In this document: in pieces, positions 35,181-47,604 of the stretch
How the letters are laid out: each line of letters begins with the position of its first letter
Position numbering within the stretch: the first letter of the stretch is position 1
NCBI RefSeq assembly: GCF_006345805.1
Contig: NC_042997.1
Span: forward strand, 171,616,001-171,680,000
Length of the DNA: 64,000 nt
From: Octopus sinensis
Taxonomy: Eukaryota
Direction: 5' to 3'
Made by a program: the position numbers and the translations under genes
The notes under the pieces: model-generated
Databases searched by the model: none
Told to the model about the DNA's origin: nothing
What the model saw: only the letters and a program-made list of their open reading frames with translations

Positions 35181-35578
35181 TAGGCGTAGGAGTGGCTGTG
35201 TGGTAAGTAGCTTGCTTACGAACCACATGGTTCCGGGTTCAGTCCCACGGCATGGCGCCTAGGGCAAGTGTCTTTTACTATAGCCATGGGCCGACCAGAG
35301 TCTTGTGAGTGGATTTGGTAGATGGAAACTGAAAGAAGCCTGTCGTATATATGTATATAAATGTGTGTGTGTGTGTTTGTGTGTCTGTGTTTGTCCCCCC
35401 AACATCGCTTGACAACTGATGCTGGTGTGTTTACATCCCCGTCACTTAGCAGTTCGGCAAAAGAGACTGATTGAATAAGTACTAGGCTTACAAAGAATAA
35501 GTCTTGGGGTCGATTCGCTCAACTAAAGGCAGTGCTCCAGCATGGCCACAGCCAAATGACTGAAACAAGTAAAAGAGA
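35181..35578 (+). mobile_element. Full-length SINE family A
   Basis: Matches 11212-11633. Confidence 0.9.
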
Positions 35579-37870
35579 GTATGAATACAAAATTCTATCA
35601 TGAGCTCAGACATGGTACCACATACACACGATAAGTAATACATGTGTCCATACACATCATACACATAACTGCAGATGCAATCTCAAACACACAGATACGA
35701 TCTTGTCAAAATTATTGTTTAAAACATTTATTCACTGTCAGTTTTTGTAAACATTTGAACTATGACATATTGTAGCATTGCATGTATAAGAGCTTTTTTT
35801 TTTTTTTGGAAACATGAAGTGGTATACTTCTACAATATAATTCTTTCCTATCTTTTATTCCCTGCTGAGCGTTATCATGCTTGAATTATGTTTTACTGAG
35901 CATATTCAACTGCACACATTCTGTTGTATTTAATGTACTTTGCATAACTTTGTGTTTGCTGCTGGTCATCTCGTGTGATTAACATAATATTACTTGAAGC
36001 AATAAACTAGTCATCGTGATTGTCATCAGAGACTTTGCTTTTCTTCTGTTTGCTCCTAGTGGACCAACCAGATGTTTCATTTCATTTCATTCCATTTTTA
36101 TGTCCACATTTGTATGCGTTTAGATTTGCTGTGAAATTAGACCCACAATGGTTTTTAAGTAATCTGGAATAAGTATCCTATTTATCTAAGCCCTTTGCTC
36201 CCTATGGAGAATAAGCCGTCAATGACTTTTCTCTGCTGTTCTTGACTCCGGATTGCCTTTTCTGCTTTTCTCCATTTGGATCCCTGCTTTTTCAGCTCTG
36301 CCTCAGTATCCCACCTCCAGCTACTTTTAGAGTATCCTCTTTTCTGCCTCTCTTATAGCTTTCAGGTTATATGTTTCCCTGGGAGAAGGCTTTCCTCCCC
36401 CAGGTCCTGTTGGTTTTTAATTGTCATCTACGCTTCTCTAGTTTTTACCTCTATTCTAGGAAAGGTTGTTGACCCTACACAAATCCATTTCTAGCTCTGG
36501 GAAGAGGCTGTCCATATTAGCCTGGTCTCTGTCTTTTGATCTGTGTAGCATGAAAGGCCTTACTAGGAGCTTGTACTCCCCTAGCTTAGTTCTCGGGGTC
36601 TTTGGGGCACACAAGTAACCACATCACAAGAAGGACTGATCCTTATAGTTGGAAATGAGGATCAAGCTGGTAAAAAAGGTAGGATGGCCATGAGTGGAAT
36701 CTGAGGCAGCAAACTCACCCATTTAGCATCACATTATTCTGTCAAAAGTAAGGCTTATTTATTCAGATTGTTTTGAGTTAATCATGTATTATCTTATAAC
36801 TTTGAGATTTTTATGAGGTAGCTGCTAATTTTTAGAATGATATTGTGGGGTTGGGATGAGGTGCCAGATCAGGCCAGTTTGAACATAAAACAGGTGGAAT
36901 ATATTTGCTGGATGTGGATGATTTAAATGCTAAAAGGTTAACAAGTGTATCTGTGTATAGCATCGGTTTGATAGGTGAGAAAGCACTCCCATCAAAGATG
37001 GTAAATTTTCACTACCACAACCATCATCATCATCATCATTTTCCTTGCTGGCATGGGTTGTATGGTTCGACAGGAGCTGACAATGTTGAAAGACTGCACC
37101 AAGCTATATTGTCTGCTTTACCATGGTTCCTATGGCTGGATGCCCTTCCTAACACCAACTACATTACAGAGTGTACTGGGTGCTTTTTTTTATTCTTTAC
37201 AATTATTCAGTTCTTGGAGCATTGCAATTTATTCTGGCGGTAATTTGTTTGCAAATCAAATAATACACGCAAATCAAAAAAGATCAAGTCAAGCTGAAGT
37301 CAAATTATACACAGAAATAGCTTAAAGTTTGTATACTTGTGTATATGTCAGAAAAATAGATTTGATAGATTCAACATTACAGCACACCCTGTGACAGTAA
37401 CCAACAGACACCACTAACAAACACAATATTAACAATAATATAATAAAAAAAAAACAACTTTGTATAAAACAAATAGTTATATCAAGAAAATGTAGCAAAG
37501 AATATGATCTTAGGCTTACAGCAAATTGTGTTAATGTTGAAGAAGAAGTCAACAATATTTGAAGTCAAAATACAGACGATGGTGAGTTATTTAGTAGAGT
37601 TATTAAACGATGTGTCATTTTAATGGGTATTTTGTACAGACATCTAATATAGTGTTTGTGTGAATATGTTTGTATGTGTGCGCCCACATGCGTATGTGTG
37701 TGTGTGTATGCATAAAATTTGTGGACTATTGAATTTTCTTGAATGTTGGTGCGACTTCTTCAGTTTGATCTATTTGATAAAATTGTTCTTCAATTTGACA
37801 CATTTGATGTAAATTGTTCGCCAAAGATGTTTGAAATGAAGTTAAACATTATCTTAAACATCTCACTCCA

Positions 37871-37913
<43 letters not shown>

Positions 37914-38169
37914 GTCTGTCTATTTATCTATTTATCAATCTATCTGTCTGTCTATATGTATGTATATATTTTTCATTTTTTTATCTTTTACTTGTTTCAT
38001 TCATTAGACTGTGGCACCACCTTGAAGAATTTTAGTTGCATGAATTGATCCTAATACTTTTTTTTAACTTGGTACTTGATTTATTGGTCTCTTTTGCTGA
38101 ACTGCTAAGTTATTGGGATGTAAACAAAACAAAACAAATACATCTCTCTATCTATCTGTGACTGTGTGT

Positions 38170-38350
38170 GTACTGTTGGTGATTATTTTCCTCCGTCCTC
38201 CCTTCTTTGGATTTTTCCTTTTCCTATGTTTCTGACGAAGAGCTCCATTCGAAATGTTAAATCCTCCTTCTTTCCTTCTTTCCTGAGCATCCAATAACAC
38301 TATACTTGTTCCACGTCCTCGTGTTGTTGTGTTTTCATGTTTGAATTAAC
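38170..38350 (+). repeat. Penelope-like-derived mini-element with a minimal hammerhead-like motif (38228-38262)
   Basis: gttt-CTGACGA-a-gagctccattc-GAAA-tgtt-aaat, followed by (CTAT)n/(TA)n. Confidence 0.55.
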
Positions 38351-38370
38351 TATCTATCTATCTATCTATC

Positions 38371-38416
<46 letters not shown>

Positions 38417-38420
<4 letters not shown>

Positions 38421-39664
38421 CATCCAATAAATAATGTGGTTCTTTTATACTTCTTTTATTTTTCAAAATTAAGATAAACAAAGTTCTTTTTTAATCTAAA
38501 ATATACCCTCCATCTTCTACAATGCTCTTCCATCTGTCTAAGGCCCATCTTCCAAAATTCACTTGTCCCTGATGGAAAATGCTCTTCCAGTACTGTTCTC
38601 ACCTCATCCACAGAATTCATATTTTCCCTGTCCAAATGGTTTTGAAGACTGTGGAATAAATGATAATCAGATGGGGCAATGTGCAGTGAATATGGTGGGT
38701 GGGATATCGTTTCCCATTCAAACTATTCCAGCCTTTGGAATGTCATCCTTGCTGTATGTTGCCAAGCATTATCCTGTTGAAAGAACACCTTCCATCTTGA
38801 AACCAAAGATGGTCACTTTTCTTCTAGTTCTGACTTAAGCCATTCAAGCTGCTCACTACAGATCTCCTTTGTTATCATTGGTTTTGGTTTAAAAGTTCAA
38901 AGTGGACGAAACCAATCATATCCCACCAAAGAGATAACAACACCTTACATGGGTGAAGACCTTCTCTTTTCTCTATCCACTGTCTTTGGTGCCTGATATT
39001 TTTATAGCAAACCCATTTCTCATCATCAATCACTATTTGGTCCAAAAACGTTTCATTTATAAGACTTGATAGCAATGAAGAGCATACATTCACTCTCTGC
39101 ATGCAATTAGACTCAGAAAATTTGTGAGGAACCCATAGACCCAATTTGCTGACTCTCCCGATGACACACAGATGGGGATGAATGGTTGAATGATCAAATT
39201 CAAGCTTCTCTGCTCGTTCCTCTACAGTTATCATGGGATTTTGTTCCACCAGGGTTTGCAGGACATCCTCGTCAAGCTCTACAGATCTTCCAGAACAAGG
39301 CTCGTCTTCTAGGCTGTAGTTTCTGGCTCAGAATTTCTGGAAACCCCATTGACACTGGCTTACGCCTATTGTCCAATCCTCATATACTGCATTAATATTC
39401 CTCGTACTTTCCATTATATTATTGCTTCTATTGTACTCATAAAGCAAAATATGCTGAATATGCTCCTTTGTCACTTCCATTATCGCTTTGAAGAAATAAC
39501 TGTTTAAAACCAAGCTGCACTCTTCAAAACTTGCACCAAGAATAAAGACATGGTAGAATTATTACCTACTTTTAGAGCAGTTGATGCAGCTAGTTTGTCC
39601 TGCCCCACTCCAACTTTTAGTTCATGCAATTGAAAAAAACCATGCTATTCATGGGACGACCCAA
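38417..39664 (-). mobile_element. Near-full-length degenerate mariner (DD34D) transposon
   Basis: ~1.25 kb with TIRs gggtcatccaataaata / tattcatgggacgacccaa. Transposase pieces HIQHILLYEYNR, LWVPHKF, IVIDDEKW and KVLLSLWWD. Confidence 0.9.
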
Positions 39665-39686
39665 TGTATATATGTGTGTGTGTGTG

Positions 39687-39739
<53 letters not shown>

Positions 39740-40002
39740 AATTTAGAGAAAATCCTCTATTAAACAATTCAATAAAGAAAGATGTTATTTACACCATATA
39801 GAAAACATATACTATAGAAAACCTTATTTTAAAAATCAATAAAGTACAATAAATGGTAATTAGTAGTAAAAAGACTATGCATGTTTCATGGCTATATTTT
39901 CAAATATGACAGATGTTATTCATTCAGTGGGACTGAACACAGAACCATGTGGCTGGTAGGCAAGCTACTTACCACATAGCCACTCCTACACCTATATATA
40001 TA

Positions 40003-40067
<65 letters not shown>

Positions 40068-40081
40068 TATATATATCAATA

Positions 40082-41946
40082 TCTATAAATCTGAAATGCA
40101 AAAAGTTTGTCTGGTTTTGGCATTGGAACGGGTTAAAGGGCACTAGATCCCGTCGGATTCGCTCCAAAATTTACAGGGCCATGTAAAAAGAGGCAAGGAT
40201 GTGAGTGGGCTAGGTTAGAAATCCCAATCTCAAAAGCTGTGGTTACTAGGGCAAAAAACACACACTTTGACAAGTCTTCTCTTATTCTCTTATCTGTCTT
40301 TCTTCCTCCCTTCCTTTCACTTTTTCTCTATAACGGCATTTGACAGCCACTACTATCTTTCCTCTGCCGCCTTCACCAGCGCTGAGACTCTTTCTTTCAC
40401 CGCCTCCCCCTCTCTCTCTCTGTATGTCTGTCTGCATTCATAGTTTTATTATCGCCACCACCACCACACAATCATGAGAACAAATATGAATCAGATATTT
40501 ATTGGGTTAATTTATATATGTGTGTGTGTGTGTTTGTATCTATATATAAATATGTATATATAATGTATATATACAAACTATATATATCTGTATTTGTATA
40601 TATATATATATATATATATATCTAATTTGTATACATTTGTATATATATAATGCATACACACACACACATATATATAATGCGTATATATGTACATATGTAT
40701 ATTTAATGCATATATATATATTATGTGTGCATTATGTGGTTGGTTGAGCTGAAAATATGCACACCTATGTTAAAAGTGCTGGCGAGTTTGCATGGCAATT
40801 AATTTTTTCCTCAAATGAAAGGCATGACCTCTAGGACAAAATTCCTCATCTTTTAAAATGTGGCCCAATTACAACCGAATGAAATCGGCTCATATTAAAC
40901 AAACAAGTAAAACAATGAAAAACAATGCCATTTTAATCCCAAGTAAAGCCGGATATCTCTGTAGGTCTACTACATATTTGTGAAAAGAGCAGACGTTGTC
41001 TCACAAGCAGTTATACAGGCAAAAGTGTTAGTAAATATGAAAATTTGCACACCTATGTTAAAAGACCTGGTGAGTTTGCATATGTGTCCTCTAGGACAAA
41101 ATTCCTCATCTTTAAAGTATGGCCCGTGTAGACCCGAATGAAATCGAGTTATAATACCAAAACAAATAAAACAATGATAAACTATTTTAATCCCAAGCAA
41201 GACCAGGTTTCTCTGCTATCTATGTATATAAAAGAGGCTTTGGGTCAAAATTGTGTGCATGTTTTGCTACATCAGAGGTTGGCGGCCACACCAGTGGTCA
41301 GATCGAGTTGAAAATTGAAACTGGCATAGAAGGTGTGATGAGGGAGAGAGTCAAGTAGGTTAAAACTTGCCATCAGGAAAGATGCGGTTGCTATGGTGAG
41401 AAGATTCAAGGGGGCTCTAAGCCCCTCCAGATTAGCGCAGTTGGCATCTAATCCTATCTATAAAATGAAGAAGGCAAACGTAGACACAGATTGGATTTTT
41501 ATATAAAAAGTGGTCTAAATGGGGCTGGAAGGGAATTAAAATTTACAGGAGGGGGTAACTTTAGGGGGGAAATTGATTGGGAGACGTTTAATGGTGCTAC
41601 AGTGGTTGCTTTGGTGTGAAAACTGGGATTTTATTGATTTGGGGGGACACTTGGTGGTCTAGATCGGACATCTTTTGCCCGATTTCAATCAAATTTTCAA
41701 CATGGCAAAGTGGAAGTGGATTTGTAATTTAAACGCGGAAATCTAATTTTTTTTATAAATGGCAGAGAGATAGATAAAGAGTAAGAGAAAGCGAGGGAAA
41801 GTCCGAGAGAAAAGAAGAGTAAGAGAGTGGGAAAGTGAGAAGAGAGAAACAAAGAGGGAGAATGTGGTGATAAGAAACAGAAAGGAAGCAACAGAAAGTA
41901 ACAACCACAATCTCACCTGTGCGTAGAGTGGGTCACCTTAAGATAG
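40082..41946 (+). mobile_element. Non-autonomous Helitron-like composite with internal repeated termini
   Basis: 5' a|TCTATAAATCTGAAATGCAAA. 3' degenerate hairpin cctgtgcgtagagtggg + ATAG|t. Internal 3'-end-like motifs at ~40937-40964 and ~41189-41218. HINE-like ccgatttcaatcaaattt at ~41678. Confidence 0.55.
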
Positions 41947-43114
41947 TATATATATATATAAATTTATATTCAGGGCAAGTAAGTACACAGGCTTAGCCAC
42001 ATGTTGAAAGAAGATGCCAAAGGGCTCTAAACTACCTTTAATATCACAATAAACACTTTCCGAACTTGGGGAAATAAACGTAAAAGATTCATAAAAAGGT
42101 TCAATTTCAGGATTATAGGGAAATTCTTGTTTTCCATCATCAGTGTAATATAATACAATGCACATAAATTCAAACAATTACACCTACCACAGGAATACAG
42201 CACAAATACAATATGTATGCATATTGGAATGAGATGATTGGGTACAGCCATTTAGATGTTGGTGATTTGGTATAGCTGACTGGAAATAGAAGTTGTTTTA
42301 GTGACAGCATGTTTTGGTACTGGAGGCAAATATACAGATGCACACAGAAATACACACATACAGAGAGAGAGAGAGAGAGACCAAATAGGCAGCACCAAAC
42401 CAGCAGAGCCAAAACATTTCATACCTCATATATACTTTCCCCCTAGATGGTAAGAACATTTCAGGATATACAGGGAATATAAATTACATAGCAACAAAAC
42501 AGGAGTTCAAATCTCAGCAGCTTCTTTCTTCCTTGTATACAGTTGTCTGACTGGGAAATCAGAAACACAAGTGTGACTATATACATTGTTCTCAAACAGG
42601 TATAAGTCATGTGCCCTGTTAAGCATTCTATTAATCATTTTGATGCCATATTTCTATTTGAAATACACTTCCTCTGTTTTAATTAATTTTGAAATTAATG
42701 AAGAATTTAGTGAAATAATTGTCATTATTAAGCTGGTGTTTGGAACATGAATTAATATGGAATAATGATGGAAGGTTTTAATTCAGATCACTTTAAAACA
42801 GGAAGTTTGTATTATGGAACCAGTGATAGTCATGGGTGGGTTGGTATCAAAAGGTTTAATTAACAAATTTCAGTGTCACTTAGTGAAATTATCTCTTAAA
42901 ATTATTGGAAATAATCAAATCTTAAATTCTATTATTTGTAATAATTTTTGTAATTTTTATTCTTTGAAGAGTTGATGTAGTTTCAATGAACAACTAATTG
43001 AATTTTAACTCTTTAGTATTTAAACCAACCATATCTTAGTCCAAATATTCTACACGTTTTCTCTTCAAAATAGTCAGATCTGGCCTCTCCCATGTACCCT
43101 ACAATGTCATTCGT

Positions 43115-43530
43115 CATCATCATCGTTTAATGTCCACTTTCCATGCTAGCATGGGTTGGATGGTTCTACCAGGGTCTGGCAAGCCAGGAGGCTGCGCCAG
43201 GCTCCAGTCTGATCTGGCAGTGTTTCTATTGCTGGATGCCCTTCCTAACGCCAACCACTCCGTGAGTGTAGTGGGTACTTTTTATGTGCCACCAACACAA
43301 ATGCTGGGGAGGTTTGGTAGTGGCCACGATCAGCTGGTGCTTTTTACGTGCCACTGGCATAGAAGCCAGTCAAGGCGGCACTGGCATCAGCCACTTTTGG
43401 ATGGTACGTTTTACATGCCACCGGCACAGGTTTCACAACTACAATTTCCATTTGATATTTATTTTGATGTACCTGACTCAGTAGGTCTCCTCAAGCACAG
43501 CAGGTCACTCTACAATCCAAGGTAAGCACA
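43115..43530 (-). mobile_element. RTE-type 3' UTR fragment with (GAT)n tail
   Basis: catcgtttaatgtccactttccatgctagcatgggttgg...ctggatgcccttcctaacgccaaccactcc. Further copies at ~31600, 32020, 37020, 46590, 48500 and 52400. Confidence 0.8.
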
Positions 43531-44089
43531 GCAGGTCGTTCTGCAATCCAGGATACTTTGGATGCGAAACTGGTGCAAAAAAACGATCACATCATTGAAT
43601 TCTTGTCACTATGAGATAATGTATAATTAATTCAAAACAATATGAATAAATTAGCATTACAATTGACAGAATAATCTGAATGCTAAAGAGACAAACTAAT
43701 TTTAAATGATAATTTCATGATATGACATTATAAATGTTTACTTCACAGAATACTTAAAACTACGCAAGATCTGTATTTTCCTATGCACTTCATAATCCCA
43801 CTGATATTTCTCTTTAATATTGAATTTTTGGAATTTTTATCTTTCCAAGAGTGAGTGTAGATTCAATCTACCGATAATCAAATTTTAAACTGACTTTAAA
43901 CAATAACTTCACTAAATGACACCGTAATCTTTTAGTTTAAAGAATCCTTAAAAAAAATACACGATATTTTTCTGAAAACGATATAATATTTACACTTGCC
44001 TGTCAGATTTTTGCAGATAGTCTTTTGAATACAAGCAAGAGACAAACAAGTTTCAGTCTGAACTCTTATTTTGTTAATGTGCAATGTAA

Positions 44090-44295
44090 AGACTATTGAA
44101 AAGGTTGCAAGACGCAAGGAAAATTTTAGGAAAATAAAAATAAGAAATAAGTGGATTACATTATAAGGCACAAAAAGAAAATTACTCTCCCCAGACACAA
44201 CAGAATATGCTTCAACACACAAACTCAAATAAAGAATCTTGCAAACCAAATCCAAAAACGAAATATCCTCCGACAGTTTTACATACCATTCCATG
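44090..44295 (-). repeat. Repeat family X, single copy
   Basis: gactattgaaaaggttgcaagacgcaaggaaaattttagg...aaaccaaatccaaaaacg. Confidence 0.85.
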
Positions 44296-44362
44296 CCATC
44301 CTTTCTATTTAGGATTATCAGATTTATTAAAACTGATCAGAATATTTGTAATTCTGCTTATA

Positions 44363-44726
44363 TAGGCGCAGGAGTGGCTGTGTGGTAAGTAGCTTGCTAA
44401 CCAACCACATGGTTGCGGGTTCAGTTCCACTGCGTGGCATCTTGGGCAAGTGTCTTCTGCTATAGCCCCGGGCCGACCAATGCCTTGTGAGTGGATTTGG
44501 TAGACGGAAACTGAAAGAAGCCTGTTGTATATATGTATATATATGTATATGTGTGTGTCTGTGTTTGTCCCCCTAGCATTGCTTGACAACCGATGCTGGT
44601 GTGTTTATGTCCCCGTTACTTAGCGGTTCGGCAAAAAGAGACCGATAGAATAAGTACTAAAGGTGGTGCTCCAGCATGGCCGCACTCAAATGACTGAAAC
44701 AAGTAAAAGAGTAAAAGAGAAAAGAG
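44363..44726 (+). mobile_element. SINE family A with an ~45-bp internal deletion
   Basis: Matches the consensus except that aataagtact is joined directly to aaaggtggtgctcc. Confidence 0.9.
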
Positions 44727-44981
44727 TATATCCCTTTAATCTTTTGTCTTTTATCTTTTACTTGTTTCAGTCATTGGACTCTGGCCATGCTGGAACACTG
44801 TCTTGAGAGGTTTAGCCAAAGAAATCAACCCTGGTAATTATTTTTTTAAGTCTGTTACTTATTCTATGAGGCTCTTTTGCCAAACCACTAAGTCACAGGT
44901 ATGTAAACAGACCAACACCAGTTGTCAAGCAGTGTGGTGGTGGTGGTGGTGGTGGTGACGGTGGGGGGATCCACATATATT

Positions 44982-45390
44982 CTCTACTCTTTTACTTGTT
45001 TCAGTCATTTGACTGCGGCCATGCTGGAGCACTACCTTTTAGTCAAGCAAATCGACCCCAGGACTTATTCTTTGTAAGCCTAGTACTTATTCTATTGGTC
45101 TCTTTTGCCGAACCACTAAGTTACGGGGACGTAAACACACCAGCATCGGTTGTCAAGCGATGTTGGGGGGACAAACACAGACACACAAACATATACACAC
45201 ACATACATATATATATATACATATATACGACAGGCTTCTTTCAGTTTCCGTCTACCAAATCCACTCACAAGGCTTTGGTCAACCCGGGGCTATAGTGGAA
45301 GACACTTGCTCAAGGTTCCATGCAGTGGGGACTGAACCTGGAACCATGTGGTTTGTAAGTAAGCTACTTACCACACAGCCACCCCTATAT
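44982..45390 (-). mobile_element. Full-length SINE family A, antisense
   Basis: Reverse complement of the family A consensus. Confidence 0.9.
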
Positions 45391-45751
45391 GTGTATAATG
45401 AAGTTTCCATACAGTTTCTATCTACCAAATTCACCTATAAGGTATTTGTCGATCCAGCGGCTACAGTAAAAGACTCTTGCACATTGTGGTGCCATGTAGT
45501 GGGACTGAACCTGAAGTCACATGCTTACAAAGCAAACTTCTTAACTATATTGCCAGGCCATTATTTCTTGAAAATCTATTTTCTGAATAATCAGTTTTTG
45601 TTTTAATATGCAAATAATCAAACTAAATTTAACCAATAATTTTATGAAGTCATACTACAAGTCTTAGTTGGATACTCAAAATGACATGTGACTTGAAACT
45701 CTCTACTCTCTTCCTCCCTGCCACCTGTGAGGTTTCATATAATAATAATAA

Positions 45752-45950
45752 TTGTTGTTATTGATTGAAACTGAAAAGATATGGCATCTCAAGACGGATA
45801 CAATACCTGTGATTGTAGGAGCACTAGGAATGATCAAAGAAGGAACTGAAAATTATTTGAGAATAATCCTTGGCTTACCATCCATGCAGGAAGTGCAAAA
45901 GATTGACCTAACTGGTATGTCACACATATTGAGAAGAGCATTGTCACTGA
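45752..45950 (+). pseudogene. R4/Dong-like LINE C-terminal (RLE) fragment beside (TAA)n
   Basis: IETEKIWHLKTDTIPVIVGALGMIKEGTENYLRIILGLPSMQEVQKIDLTGMSHILRRAL. TAA repeats at ~45738 and ~46215. Confidence 0.7.
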
Positions 45951-46589
45951 ATTTTATTTGTTTTCCCTTTAATCTTGTTTTCTTTTTTCAGTTTTTCTTT
46001 TTACTTCTTTCTTTTTTCTCTCTGTCGTTTCTCTTTTTTTTCTATCACATGACTTTGTTAAAGAACAATCTAGAGTGTTTATTTTAATGACCTGTTAATG
46101 TATACAGTGAGTTTCTTTGCTCTAGGTGTTGGGAAGACACTCGGCAAGAAATGGAAACAAAACTCAAAGAAGAGTATAATGATGATGACGACGACGACAA
46201 CAACAACAACAACAACAACAACAATAATAACAATAATAATAATAATAATAATAATGGTTTTTGTATGTATATATGTATATACATGTATAGGCATAAATAT
46301 ATACAGTCCTGGATCAATTATCGAATAAGCTTGGAACCAGATGTGTTCTGAATTTCTAAATTTTCTGGAGACAATCTAAATATACACTTGAAATATAAAA
46401 TAAACTATTAAAAGTAATGAATTTAATTGTATTTTACAGATTCAAATTAATACACTTCTAAAGCAGAGTCTGTTTAATCTTTATTAATCCATTTAAGGTT
46501 CTTAAAATATATCATACTACACCAGGTATACAGTATAATGTCTATAAGATGAAAATTGATAGAAGATAAGTAAAGAATATCATCATCAT

Positions 46590-47040
46590 CATCATCATCA
46601 TTATCATCGTTTAATGTCCACTTTCAATGCTGGCATGGGTTGGACGGTTTGACTGAGGACTGGCGAGCCAGATGGCTGCACCAGGCTCCAATCTGATCTG
46701 GCAGAGTTTCTACAGCTGGATGCCCTTCCTAACACCAACCACTCCAAGAGTGTAGTGGGTGCTTTTAAGTGCCACTGGCACAAGATCCAGTCAGGCGGTA
46801 CTGGCAACGGCCATGCTCAAATGGAGTTTTTTATGTGCCACCTGCACAGGATCCAGTCCAGCGGCACTGGCAACGGCCTCGCTCAAATGTTGTTTCTCTC
46901 GTGCCAGTAAGGCAATGCTGTTAACAATCACGCTCAAATGGTGCTTTTTATGTGCCACCGGCACAGGAGCCAGTCAGTGGCCCTGGCAACAATCACGTTT
47001 GGATGGTGTTTTTAACATTCCACTGGCATGTTTGCTAGTC
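46590..47040 (-). mobile_element. RTE-type 3' UTR with about five ~50-65-bp modules
   Basis: The unit ttttatgtgccac..gcacagga.ccagtc...ggcaac recurs over 46761-47030. Confidence 0.75.
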
Positions 47041-47306
47041 AGGCAGTGATTTTATATAACAGATACAAGTATAAATTTAAACCCTTTTAAAGCAGAGTAT
47101 GTTTAATCTGTATCATTCCACTATAAAAAGTAAAGAACAAATGACCACAGCTTTAAAGCTGAAACAATTTAAAGAATTAAAGAATACTGCATGCAAATTT
47201 ATCAGCTTCAAAAACTGTCTTTTTACTCAATATATTGCATGGTATTGCACATTATTTCCAAGTATCTGAACATTTTAAATTTCTGGTATCTGGATAAGAG
47301 GCCTAG

Positions 47307-47340
<34 letters not shown>

Positions 47341-47604
47341 ATGCAATCATTTTGCTAACTTTCTTTTATATTGATTACTGTGTTTCATCTCTCTTTTACC
47401 TCAGTTGAAGCCTGTTATTGCCAAGCTGGACCACTTGCTAGGCCTTGATGTTTTTGTGACAGAAAGTAATAGTAATTTATTAAACGATAATATTTGAATA
47501 TTTGGACACATACAGAAGTCCACTTCCTGCAGGCGATCGTTTGTACAAACCTTTTCAAGGTGCTGAAAATAGTACTGCAGCTATTTCCTTATTTTTCTGT
47601 CTGA

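Noticed and set aside
46761-47030. Regularly spaced repeats with variable interiors resembling a CRISPR array
   Set aside because: Eukaryotic context, degenerate units whose interiors are homologous to each other, no cas genes; they belong to an RTE 3' UTR.
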